IMG/VR virus record: IMGVR_UViG_3300031994_002305
Location: 165,073-229,072 of that record
DNA: 64,000 bases
Strand: one strand, 5' to 3'
DNA from: a virus
Taxonomy: Duplodnaviria; Heunggongvirae; Uroviricota; Caudoviricetes
Shown: positions 19,723 through 28,538 of the stretch, in pieces
How positions within the stretch are numbered: the first letter of the stretch is position 1
Layout of the letters: each line of letters opens with the position of its first letter
Position numbers and translations under genes: made by a program
Notes under the pieces: generated by a model
Told to the model about the DNA's origin: nothing
What the model saw: only the letters and a program-made list of their open reading frames with translations
Databases searched by the model: none

Positions 19723-20367
19723 ATGAAACAAATAACATCATATATTTTTGAAAAAATAAAAGAACTACCAAATTCTGTTAAAGGATTAATAGTTTTTGAT
19801 ATTGACGATACATTATTAAAAGTTGATCCTGCTTTAATGGGTGTTTATAAAAAGGAACCAGGTAAACAAGAAATTAGATTAACTACTGATGAGTTTGCTA
19901 AAGATCCTGATGCAGAAGACCCATCAAAGAAAAAATGGTTTGATTTTAGAGACTTTCAGGATCCAATAAAAGTATATAATTCTATAATTTCAGGAACTCC
20001 ATTAATTAAAAACTTGAAAATTATGGATGATTATATTAAAGCTGGATATGATTTTTGTTTCCTTACAGCTCGTGGTTGTGAAGAAACAATTAAAAAAGCT
20101 ATTGGAGATTTCTTGAAATTTAGAGATGAAGATGGCGCATTAAAAGAACTTGGTGATTCGTTTAAGAAAACATTTTCACATGCAGTTAATGATGAAATTA
20201 AGCAATATCCAGGTTCTAATGATGCTGAAAAGAAAGCGAAGATATTAATAAAACTTTGTAAAAAATATGATAGAGTGGTATTTGTAGATGATGACAATAA
20301 AAACATAAGTGCTGCTCGTGATTTGAATATTAAAAATCTTAAAGTAATTAAAGCTTGGGAAGATTAA
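19723..20367 (+). CDS. HAD-superfamily phosphatase-like protein with N-terminal tag (MKQITSYIFEK)
   Basis: 'GLIVFDIDDTLLK' is HAD motif I (DxDxT). T4 Pnkp phosphatase uses the same motif. Confidence 0.5.
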   Translation: MKQITSYIFEKIKELPNSVKGLIVFDIDDTLLKVDPALMGVYKKEPGKQEIRLTTDEFAKDPDAEDPSKKKWFDFRDFQDPIKVYNSIISGTPLIKNLKIMDDYIKAGYDFCFLTARGCEETIKKAIGDFLKFRDEDGALKELGDSFKKTFSHAVNDEIKQYPGSNDAEKKAKILIKLCKKYDRVVFVDDDNKNISAARDLNIKNLKVIKAWED

Positions 20368-20402
20368 AATTAAATAGAAAAAATTTAAATAATATTTACA
20401 AA

Positions 20403-20432
20403 AGATCTATATATCAATATAGGTCTTTTTTA
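20403..20432 (+). terminator. rho-independent terminator (agatctatat-atca-atataggtct + TTTTTT)
   Basis: 10-bp stem with one G-U pair and a T6 tail. Confidence 0.5.
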
Positions 20433-20457
20433 TTTTTATATATATATTATATGAATC

Positions 20458-20838
20458 ATGAAGCATTTACAAGAATATATAATTGAAACTTCATTAGAAA
20501 TTAAACAACAAAAATTTAATGGTGGAGGAAGGTTTTATTGTAATAAAGGAGATTTAGATTATACTGATGAAATTGAAATATATCCAGTTAATCATAATAA
20601 TTGTTTTGAACTTACTAATTTAACAGCATTTGAAAAAAACAAAGGTGTTGGAACTTTGTTATTAAACAAAATGATAGAATATGCTAAATCTCAAAATAAA
20701 GACATAGTTTTATATGCATCTCCACTTGATGATAAAAATGAAGATGATTTAATCAAATTTTATAAAAAGTTTGGATTTATTGAAGATATTAAAGCTCACG
20801 ATAAACATTGTTTAATTCTCCAAATTAATAAAGCATGA
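20458..20838 (+). CDS. GNAT-family N-acetyltransferase-like protein with N-terminal tag (MKHLQEYIIET)
   Basis: 'AFEKNKGVGTLLLNKMIEYAK ... FYKKFGF' matches the GNAT motif A/B pattern. Confidence 0.45.
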   Translation: MKHLQEYIIETSLEIKQQKFNGGGRFYCNKGDLDYTDEIEIYPVNHNNCFELTNLTAFEKNKGVGTLLLNKMIEYAKSQNKDIVLYASPLDDKNEDDLIKFYKKFGFIEDIKAHDKHCLILQINKA

Positions 20839-21755
20839 AAAAAGTCAATATCTGTCTTGGAAGATTCCAGCCATTTACATTAGGTCATTATAAAATGATT
20901 GAATATGGTTTTAAAGAAAATGGATTAACAACAGTTATATTAATGATTCATAACAAGAAGATGGATTCTAAACATCCATTTGATGATGAATTAATTCAAA
21001 AGGAAATGGAACTTATAAAAAATTCATGTCCTAATATTGAAGATACTATATATGTTGATAATGCAGATTTAGTTAAATTTGGACAGAAACTTAAAGAAAA
21101 AGAATACGAAGCTCAACTTTGGATAACGGGCAGTGATAGATTGACTAGTTATAAAAGAATGGCCGAAAATTCAAAATATCAAGAGCAAGGCGGATATCCT
21201 TCATCATTTACGACATTAGAAGTTCCTCGTACAGATGAAGACATATCTGCAACCAAAGTTAGAGAAGCAATCAATAATGATGATATTGATACATTTAAAA
21301 AGATGATGCCTAAAGGTTCAGAAAAACTATTTAATGAATTTAAAGAACAATTATCAAACATTAAAGAAGGTATGATGGCATTAAAAGATTATATAATTGA
21401 ATCTATAAGAATTGATGATTCTGATTTTAGTATTGCTAAACGATATGCAATGACTCATAAAAAGAAATATAAAAACAAAAAATCAGAATCTCAAGACAAG
21501 TATTTTTCAGAACAAGAAAAAGGTGAAATAATGAAAGATATGTGGGATAAAGATGGTTTATTTTATAAGTTTATGAAAGATAAAGTAAATCATTTAACCA
21601 ATAATGAAATTGGTGATTATCTTTATAATCAATGTCTTAATGATGATAGATGTACTGCAGAATTTGCTTCATATATTGCTGAAGTAATCGGTAGAAATAA
21701 TTTCAATATTAAACAAGTGCAAAAATTTATAAATACAGAAGATCTTAAAGGATAA
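20835..21755 (+). CDS. NMN/NaMN adenylyltransferase-like (cytidylyltransferase-fold) protein with degenerate HxGH motif and extra C-terminal domain
   Basis: 'CLGRFQPFTLGH' resembles NadM/NadR NMNAT 'GRFQPFHxGH', with the first His replaced by Thr. 'ISATKVREA' resembles the ISSTxIR motif. An internal tag-like 'MMALKDYIIESIRID' occurs at about aa 176. Confidence 0.45.
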   Translation: MKKVNICLGRFQPFTLGHYKMIEYGFKENGLTTVILMIHNKKMDSKHPFDDELIQKEMELIKNSCPNIEDTIYVDNADLVKFGQKLKEKEYEAQLWITGSDRLTSYKRMAENSKYQEQGGYPSSFTTLEVPRTDEDISATKVREAINNDDIDTFKKMMPKGSEKLFNEFKEQLSNIKEGMMALKDYIIESIRIDDSDFSIAKRYAMTHKKKYKNKKSESQDKYFSEQEKGEIMKDMWDKDGLFYKFMKDKVNHLTNNEIGDYLYNQCLNDDRCTAEFASYIAEVIGRNNFNIKQVQKFINTEDLKG

Positions 21756-21796
21756 TAATGAAATTACTTAAATATATACATTAGAATTAATAAGAA

Positions 21797-22027
21797 ATGA
21801 AACAATTAGTTACAAAAATAAATGAAGTAAAGTCTAACGAATTTTCAATTTATTTTAATTATGATAAAAATTCAATAGCTATCCATAAATATGGAGATGG
21901 GAATGATATTGATAAAACTGGTTTTAAAACAATTGATGAAGCTGTAAAAGTTATATACAAAAAATATAATAAAGCTTATATTAATATTATACCAAGTGAA
22001 AAACTTATTGAATATATAATTAAATAA
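21797..22027 (+). CDS. small protein with N-terminal tag (MKQLVTKINEV)
   Basis: Member of the tag family. Confidence 0.4.
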   Translation: MKQLVTKINEVKSNEFSIYFNYDKNSIAIHKYGDGNDIDKTGFKTIDEAVKVIYKKYNKAYINIIPSEKLIEYIIK

Positions 22028-22028
22028 T

Positions 22029-22916
22029 ATGAAACATATATTAGATTATATTAAGGAATCACTTAATATATTTGAAGGAGGTAATGCAGTTAAATCAGAG
22101 CCAATTCCTGCAGTTATAGCTCCTAAAGTATATGATGAAATTGAAAAGAAAGTTCATGCTGTATCAAAATTTAAAGATATAGATATGGCAGCTTTAGGCA
22201 GCATTGGAAAAAAAGCAGATGATCAAACTAATGGTGATATTGATGTTGCTGTAAGAGTTGATACGAAAGATGAATTAAATGAAATTGTCGATACTTGTTT
22301 TAAAGATTGTGAAATCAATTATAATACAATGAAGACAATTACTTCATTTGGTTATCCATATAATATAGATGGATATAAAGGAATTGCTCAAGTTGATTTT
22401 ATGATAGTTCAAAAGATGGATTGGGCTAAAGCATATTATCATTCACCAAACCTTAAGACTGGTGAATCAAAATATAAAGGAGCTATTCGTACTGCCATGC
22501 TTGCTGATATAATTGCATGCATACCAGTTCCTGATGTTAAAGATGAATATTTTGAAGATGGTATTACAGTAAAACGTAAATGGAAACATACGTTTAATAC
22601 TGAAGGTGTATTTGTTCAATTAATAGATTACTGTGGAAAGAAAGGTGAGCCAGTTAAAAATGGCAAGAAATTAAAAGAATTTGAAAAACTTGTTACTAAT
22701 GATCCACTTAATATGGTGAGATTTATATTTGGTGAAAATGGAACATTAGCAGACATTAATTCAGCAGAATCATTATGGAAAGCAATTCATGATAATTCAA
22801 AATTTAAGTGGGGAGATGAAGTCTTATATAATACAGAAAAGAAAATTATAACAGATAAAATGCTTATTGAAAAAATCAATAAAGAAGATTTTAAATGTAC
22901 ACAATATAAAGAATAG
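22029..22916 (+). CDS. polymerase-beta-superfamily nucleotidyltransferase with N-terminal tag (MKHILDYIKES)
   Basis: 'ALGSIGKKADDQTNGDIDVAV ... QVDFMI' matches the hG[GS]x(9-13)DhD...D/E catalytic triad pattern of pol-beta NTases. The gene ends with TAG. Confidence 0.5.
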   Translation: MKHILDYIKESLNIFEGGNAVKSEPIPAVIAPKVYDEIEKKVHAVSKFKDIDMAALGSIGKKADDQTNGDIDVAVRVDTKDELNEIVDTCFKDCEINYNTMKTITSFGYPYNIDGYKGIAQVDFMIVQKMDWAKAYYHSPNLKTGESKYKGAIRTAMLADIIACIPVPDVKDEYFEDGITVKRKWKHTFNTEGVFVQLIDYCGKKGEPVKNGKKLKEFEKLVTNDPLNMVRFIFGENGTLADINSAESLWKAIHDNSKFKWGDEVLYNTEKKIITDKMLIEKINKEDFKCTQYKE

Positions 22917-22941
22917 TTATTTACTTAAAATTTAATTGAAT

Positions 22942-24330
22942 ATGGATCATTTGGTTGATAAATATCTTAAGAAACCTGAAGTAGTTAAAGAACTGTTTCA
23001 AAAAGAAGTTTCAATAAGTCTTAAAGTTGATGGTGCTGCTTTTCAGATATCTTGCGATAATAATAATATAACTTATCATAAGCGTGGTGGCAGTTCAAAA
23101 TCATTAGGTCCTATTATTGACGAATATACACAATTAATGAGAAAGAATGTAAATGATGCTATTGAATATTTTGAAGCTAAGAAAGATATATTAAAGAAAT
23201 ATAAATTCTATGCTATTGAAATGTTTAATGATTCTTACATTCTTTTAACTGTTATTGATAATAGCAATAATATAATAGATGATCCAAATGTTTTAAAAAA
23301 TATTGCTAAATCATTGGGTATTGATTGCGTTCCAATTTTATTTAATGGAGTTCTTAAATCTGAACAAATTGAATCATTAGTTTCAATGATGACATTAGCT
23401 CCCAGTACAACAGATAATGTTTATAAAAAATATTTAACAGATATTTTTGGAAAGGGAGAATATGAAAAGTTTTTAAATGGAGATGAAATTGAAGGTATTG
23501 TTTTAACATGGAATATAGATGATAAAATACAGCAATATAAAATTATCAACCCTGCATTCAAAACTCGTCACGATAAAGAAATTAAAGATGGAAATGAAGC
23601 ATTCAAAAAAGAAATAGAAGAGCTTACTGAATTGTTTGAATTCTTTTATGAATCATTAAATAAATATGGTTCATATCAATCAGATAATTGGATTACTAAC
23701 CTGAATAAGAATTTTATTAATATTATTAATAAAGAAGAATCTAAAATTAAAGAATTTGACAATAAAATTCAACCTAAATTTAAAGATTTCTTCACATTAC
23801 AAATTAATAAAGTTTCAACTGATATTAAAGAATTAATTGATAAATATGGAGATAATATGAAATTTTATTATGAAAAGTATTTGTTATTATTCAATAAACC
23901 TAAGAAACGTAATTTTACAATATCTAAAGAATTTCAAATCAAAGTAAATTCTTTAATAGAAAAACTACAAGATAAAAACGAATCATTAAAAACATATACA
24001 ATACGTAAGATGAAAACTATTAATGAATATATTAATGAAGAAAAAAAGACAACTGGTGCAGGTTGTGCTCAAATGATCCAAACAATTATAGATGAATTAA
24101 AAACTCATGATGATTGTAACTATGATAAAGAAAAAAATGAATGGACAGGAAAAGATGGCGAAATGTGGAAATCTGCTGGTCAATTCTTGTACGATTATTT
24201 GTCAGAATTAAATCAAAATGACTTTAGAAAAATTGTAGATTCAATGGGTTGGAAAAAATGGATTGCAGATATTGACGATATTAATCAAGCTGAAATTGGA
24301 TTATGTCTTGCATTAGAACTAAAAAATTAA
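22942..24330 (+). CDS. ATP-dependent RNA/DNA ligase-family protein (nucleotidyltransferase motifs I, IV, V)
   Basis: 'ISLKVDGAAF' is motif I (KxDG). 'DEIEGIVLTWN' is motif IV (EGhVh). 'QQYKIINPAFK' is motif V. The start is moved from track TTG 22936 to ATG 22942. Confidence 0.45.
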   Translation: MDHLVDKYLKKPEVVKELFQKEVSISLKVDGAAFQISCDNNNITYHKRGGSSKSLGPIIDEYTQLMRKNVNDAIEYFEAKKDILKKYKFYAIEMFNDSYILLTVIDNSNNIIDDPNVLKNIAKSLGIDCVPILFNGVLKSEQIESLVSMMTLAPSTTDNVYKKYLTDIFGKGEYEKFLNGDEIEGIVLTWNIDDKIQQYKIINPAFKTRHDKEIKDGNEAFKKEIEELTELFEFFYESLNKYGSYQSDNWITNLNKNFINIINKEESKIKEFDNKIQPKFKDFFTLQINKVSTDIKELIDKYGDNMKFYYEKYLLLFNKPKKRNFTISKEFQIKVNSLIEKLQDKNESLKTYTIRKMKTINEYINEEKKTTGAGCAQMIQTIIDELKTHDDCNYDKEKNEWTGKDGEMWKSAGQFLYDYLSELNQNDFRKIVDSMGWKKWIADIDDINQAEIGLCLALELKN

Positions 24331-24343
24331 TTATGAATATATT

Positions 24344-24580
24344 ATGAAAAATTTAATAGAAAAAATAAATGAAGGTGCTTCTTCAGAAGTTTATTTTAAT
24401 ATTACACTTCAATTTTTAAAAGAATTAAAGAAATTAGCTTCTACTAATCAAATTTATGATGAGGACCCAGATCACATAATTGTTGCTAATGTTAATTTAA
24501 AATTAAAAAATGATAAAGTAGAATCTATTGAAATTAAAGATGCTGATGAAGATAAATGGAAAGAAATAAAAGTATATTAA
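24344..24580 (+). CDS. small protein with N-terminal tag (MKNLIEKINEG)
   Basis: Tag family. Confidence 0.4.
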   Translation: MKNLIEKINEGASSEVYFNITLQFLKELKKLASTNQIYDEDPDHIIVANVNLKLKNDKVESIEIKDADEDKWKEIKVY

Positions 24581-24586
24581 TTTATT

Positions 24587-25018
24587 ATGAAAGATATTAT
24601 TGAAAAAATGAGATTTTCTCAAAATTCACTTAACCAATATATATTAGAATCAGAAAGTCAAAAGATTGATGAAGAAGCTTACGTAATTATTGAAATTTCA
24701 TTAAATGATATACAGAGCGATAATTATTTAAGTAAGTGCTTACATGAAACTTATAAAGATAGACTCATTATAATTAGAGGTGACATGGGTATTAGATATT
24801 ATATGTATATCTTAAAAGTTCGTGAAGTTAAAAACTGTTATGCAGAATATCCTTTTAGAAAAAATTGGCCAAATAGAAATTGTTGGTTAGTACCTGATGA
24901 ACTTAAAGATGCAGATGAGAAAACCATAAAAGAATATATTAAAAAGAATAGTGATAAGGTTGATTGGGATGATATTCTTAAGAAAGATAATAAAGTACAA
25001 ATAAATGTTATGCGATAA
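24587..25018 (+). CDS. protein with N-terminal tag (MKDIIEKM ... QYILESES)
   Basis: Tag family; the I-L-E motif is displaced to aa 19-21. Confidence 0.4.
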   Translation: MKDIIEKMRFSQNSLNQYILESESQKIDEEAYVIIEISLNDIQSDNYLSKCLHETYKDRLIIIRGDMGIRYYMYILKVREVKNCYAEYPFRKNWPNRNCWLVPDELKDADEKTIKEYIKKNSDKVDWDDILKKDNKVQINVMR

Positions 25019-25019
25019 T

Positions 25020-25331
25020 ATGAAAGACATTATATCAAAAATTAATGAATCAAAAGATTCTCCATTATATCTTAAAACATTAGCACTTATTGATGCCCTT
25101 AAAGATTGGGTTGATTATGGTATTTCACAAGATGCAAATAATTCAGATTCTCCATATATTAAAAAATTTAAAAAGGATATTGAAGATTTTATAAAGAATG
25201 CAATTATAAACATGGATTATACTGATGGTATTGTGGATAAATTAATTAAAGCATGTAATATAAAAGTTGACTCAGAAGATGATTGGAGTAAAATACAAGA
25301 TGCTTTTGTAAATTATATTACTAAGAAATAA
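25020..25331 (+). CDS. small protein with N-terminal tag MKDIISKINES (start corrected)
   Basis: The track start 25005 is an internal ATG of the previous gene. ATG 25020 follows its stop (TAATATG) and restores the tag. Confidence 0.4.
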   Translation: MKDIISKINESKDSPLYLKTLALIDALKDWVDYGISQDANNSDSPYIKKFKKDIEDFIKNAIINMDYTDGIVDKLIKACNIKVDSEDDWSKIQDAFVNYITKK

Positions 25332-25332
25332 T

Positions 25333-25806
25333 ATGAAAGACATTACATCATACATAACAGAATCACAAGAAAAAATGAGAATTGGTTCTGATAATTTATA
25401 TAAATCTGGATTGTATTATGAAGATACAAAGAATTATACTTATAGTCCAGATAATTTTGTAGAAGAATTTTCTAAAGCTTGGTATCCTGGTGAAGGAGAA
25501 AAAATGGGCGCATATTACATTGTCAATTTCTGTAAAAAGAATTATAATGTACGTATATATAGAGCAAGTATGATTGGTAATAGAGAAGGTAAAAATGACC
25601 ATTTTCAAATAGCTTGGCTTCCTATGGATTCAAAATTACGTACAGTAATACCTGAAGAACCAACTGAAGAAATAACAGAATATCGTACAAATGGAGGATT
25701 CCATGGTTCAGAAAAAAATATTATGTGGGTTGGTAATAAGATAAAATCTCGTAAGGATTTTGCAGAAATTGTATATAAGTATATAAAATCTATATTCGAA
25801 AAATAA
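25333..25806 (+). CDS. protein with N-terminal tag MKDITSYITES
   Basis: Tag family. Confidence 0.45.
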   Translation: MKDITSYITESQEKMRIGSDNLYKSGLYYEDTKNYTYSPDNFVEEFSKAWYPGEGEKMGAYYIVNFCKKNYNVRIYRASMIGNREGKNDHFQIAWLPMDSKLRTVIPEEPTEEITEYRTNGGFHGSEKNIMWVGNKIKSRKDFAEIVYKYIKSIFEK

Positions 25807-25823
25807 ATTTAAAAATATTAAAT

Positions 25824-26132
25824 ATGAAAGATATTAAAAAATTTATATTGGAATCATCAGAGTCTACTCAATCTGAAGATCTTCAGGAAGAAATTGGATT
25901 AGCTCTTAAAGAATTTGGCAATATCAGAAATGGATTTAAAATGACTCCAATTGATGATATTAAAGATGCAATGTATAAATTAGGTTTTGACTTTGATGAA
26001 GAAAATTCAGAGGATGATAAATTAGAATTTGTTGGTGAATATATTGATACTAAATATGAAGTAACTTTATATGCATCAGATCATGTAAAAGGTAAATTTA
26101 AAATTATAAATATTACAGTTTGTGAAGCATGA
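25824..26132 (+). CDS. acidic small protein with N-terminal tag MKDIKKFILES
   Basis: Tag family. Confidence 0.4.
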   Translation: MKDIKKFILESSESTQSEDLQEEIGLALKEFGNIRNGFKMTPIDDIKDAMYKLGFDFDEENSEDDKLEFVGEYIDTKYEVTLYASDHVKGKFKIINITVCEA

Positions 26133-26172
26133 AAGATTATTTTGATGATAAAAATAAATCAACACATAAATA

Positions 26173-26448
26173 ATGAAAGATTTAAAAACATATATTAATG
26201 AAGCTAACAAACAAACTGAATTAACTGGTGAATCATGGGTTGCTATTGAAGTTATAATGCCTAATGAAAATTCAGAAGATGGTGAAAAGGAAAAACGTTC
26301 AAAAAGAGTTGTTAGTTATAATACATATATGGATATGAAAAATAGTGGTAAAACATCAAGTGATAAAAGAATAATATCTGTTACTACTATTGGCCCATCA
26401 GTTGCTTCTAAAGAAAAAGCACAAGAATATATTTCAAATAAGAAATAA
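26173..26448 (+). CDS. small protein with N-terminal tag MKDLKTYINEA
   Basis: Tag family, last member of the run. Confidence 0.4.
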   Translation: MKDLKTYINEANKQTELTGESWVAIEVIMPNENSEDGEKEKRSKRVVSYNTYMDMKNSGKTSSDKRIISVTTIGPSVASKEKAQEYISNKK

Positions 26449-26513
26449 AAATTAATATAGCTTAATATTTATACCTAATACTTTCTATTTTTATATAAAA
26501 GACTATTTTATAT

Positions 26514-27662
26514 ATGAAGAAAGTATTAGGTATTTTTTATAATACAAATTTTAATGAAAATTCTTTTAATACTGGATGTGGTGGATCTGAAACATGGGTA
26601 ATTCAAATATCAAAAGAATTTGTTAAAAGAGGATATCATGTTATAGTGTTTTCACAATGGGAAGAATGGTTCTTTTTTAATAGTGGAGTAGAATATGTTC
26701 CAATATCATTATATGAGTCAAGAATAAAATATCAGCATTTTGATGAATTTGTATTTGTACGTTCATTAGATAATGCTTATGATTTATTTGTAAAATATAA
26801 TGATTGTGAAAACATTTATTTACAGTCTCACGATATGTTTATATGGAAAGATGGTCTATATAATGAAAAATTCAATTATTTAACTTATAATCGTTTTGAT
26901 AAAGTTAAAAAATTTATAGCATTAACTGAATTTCATAAATGGGAATTAATAACTTATAATTTTATTCCAGAAGATAAAATAGAAGTTATTGGCAATGGAT
27001 TAGATTCTGATATATTTACAAAAGTAGATGAAACTGAAAGACCAAAACCAGATCATTCTATTTTATGGACATCTGCATTTGGACGTGGTGGAGATATTTT
27101 AGTAAATTATATTATGCCATTAGTTCAAAAATCAATACCTGATTTTACAGTTCATATTTGTGGATATGGAGATGGAGTACCTGATGAAATAAAAAGTAAT
27201 GCAAGTGTAAGATTTTTAGGAACATTAACTAAAGAAGAATATTATAATGAATTTAGAAAACATGCATGCTGGTTCTTACCATGTGTAGTTGTTGAAGACT
27301 TTGGTATTTGTGCTGGAGAAGCTGCTATGTGTGATTGTGATATTATTTCACCATTTAAACATGGAATGAAAGATGTATGTTGGCCATTTGAATCTTTAAA
27401 AATGAAAAATGAATTTAAAGTGGTTAAATCTAATGATTATCATTATGGGACATATAAATTAGATATGACTGAAGAAGAATTTCAACATGCATGTTATGAA
27501 GCAGCATATAAGATAATTACTTCAATTACTAAATATAATGATGAAAACAGAATTAAGATTCGTAATATTTGCAAAGAATTTATTATGAAAGAACATACAT
27601 GGAAAAATGTTGTAAATAAATGGATTAATATGTTTGAAATAAATAATAAAAAATCTATATAA
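26514..27662 (+). CDS. GT-B glycosyltransferase (GT4-like)
   Basis: N-terminal 'FNTGCGGSETWVIQISKEF' resembles the GT4 'GG(A/S)E' start of the N-terminal Rossmann domain. Size (382 aa) fits a two-domain GT-B enzyme. Confidence 0.45.
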   Translation: MKKVLGIFYNTNFNENSFNTGCGGSETWVIQISKEFVKRGYHVIVFSQWEEWFFFNSGVEYVPISLYESRIKYQHFDEFVFVRSLDNAYDLFVKYNDCENIYLQSHDMFIWKDGLYNEKFNYLTYNRFDKVKKFIALTEFHKWELITYNFIPEDKIEVIGNGLDSDIFTKVDETERPKPDHSILWTSAFGRGGDILVNYIMPLVQKSIPDFTVHICGYGDGVPDEIKSNASVRFLGTLTKEEYYNEFRKHACWFLPCVVVEDFGICAGEAAMCDCDIISPFKHGMKDVCWPFESLKMKNEFKVVKSNDYHYGTYKLDMTEEEFQHACYEAAYKIITSITKYNDENRIKIRNICKEFIMKEHTWKNVVNKWINMFEINNKKSI

Positions 27663-27684
27663 TATATACTAAAATTTATATTAT

Positions 27685-28032
27685 ATGGAGATTAAAGATT
27701 ATTTAATTGTTTATGGACATGATTCCATACGAGGTGGTGCTTATTATAAAGAAAGTATAATTGATTGTAATGATCTTATTAAGTTTAATGATATCATAAA
27801 AACAATCATAGATAATCAAGATAAACAATGTAATTGGGCATGGGGAATTGATTTAATAAAAAATAATGATCCAAATATTCCATACGCATATTTTGGTAGA
27901 GATAGACTTTTAGAAATGTATCCTAATTTATCTCCAAGTCTATTAAGAGAATTTAGTCATTATTTACCTAGTGGAATTACAAAAATAGAATCAATTAAAG
28001 TTTTTTGTGGAGAAAAAATAAAAATAATCTAA
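27685..28032 (+). CDS. hypothetical protein
   Basis: ORF, 115 aa. Confidence 0.4.
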   Translation: MEIKDYLIVYGHDSIRGGAYYKESIIDCNDLIKFNDIIKTIIDNQDKQCNWAWGIDLIKNNDPNIPYAYFGRDRLLEMYPNLSPSLLREFSHYLPSGITKIESIKVFCGEKIKII

Positions 28033-28041
28033 AATTTTTCT

Positions 28042-28087
28042 AATATTATTTGAATTTTATTTTAAAGGTACTATATTATAATTGTAA
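28042..28087 (+). promoter_or_regulatory. promoter cassette class A variant (AATATTATTTGAATTTT - N - CTATATTATAATTGTAA)
   Basis: Same 24-nt TTTG to TAtaATTG spacing. Lies upstream of the higher-GC gene 28122. Confidence 0.4.
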
Positions 28088-28121
28088 TTAATTAAACAAA
28101 TAATAAATAAAAATTCAAATT

Positions 28122-28430
28122 ATGAAGACAAACACTTTTAATTTCGAGATGTTCAAAAACGGTGCAAAGGCTCAGACTAAGCTTGGTAATCCTGTAAAAT
28201 TCATCTGTCTTGTTGGTGATAAGATGTTGGTTACTGTTAACCATCGTTCACGAGTATTCGGAAATTTTGAGAAGGTTGTTGCTCCGGCGTTTGGCGGTTC
28301 TAATGAGAAGTACAATCTCAACGGAAAAAAATACTCCGGAACTGATACAATGTATGATCTGGAGATGGTAGAAAGTTACAATGTAGGTCCTGCTCGTGAT
28401 GCAAGGGGTCGTTTCATCAAGACTAAGTAA
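28122..28430 (+). CDS. hypothetical protein (higher-GC moron-like)
   Basis: Elevated GC. Flanked by its own promoter variant and the terminator at 28443. Confidence 0.45.
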   Translation: MKTNTFNFEMFKNGAKAQTKLGNPVKFICLVGDKMLVTVNHRSRVFGNFEKVVAPAFGGSNEKYNLNGKKYSGTDTMYDLEMVESYNVGPARDARGRFIKTK

Positions 28431-28442
28431 TAAACATTATAA

Positions 28443-28477
28443 GGGTAAGAGGAATCTGTATAAGAATCTTCTTACCC
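28443..28477 (+). terminator. hairpin (gggtaaga ... tcttaccc) preceding promoter cassette
   Basis: 8-9-bp GC-containing stem with a 19-nt loop. Directly followed by TTTGAATATTTTTTATTTTTTT. Confidence 0.45.
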
Positions 28478-28519
28478 ATTTGAATATTTTTTATTTTTTT
28501 CTATATTATATTTTGTAAA
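28478..28519 (+). promoter_or_regulatory. promoter cassette class A (TTTGAA - 24 nt - TAtaTTTTG; core CTATATTATATTTTGTAAA)
   Basis: Conserved core. Ends about 19 nt before ATG 28539. Confidence 0.5.
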
Positions 28520-28538
28520 ATCAAATAAACAAACATAT

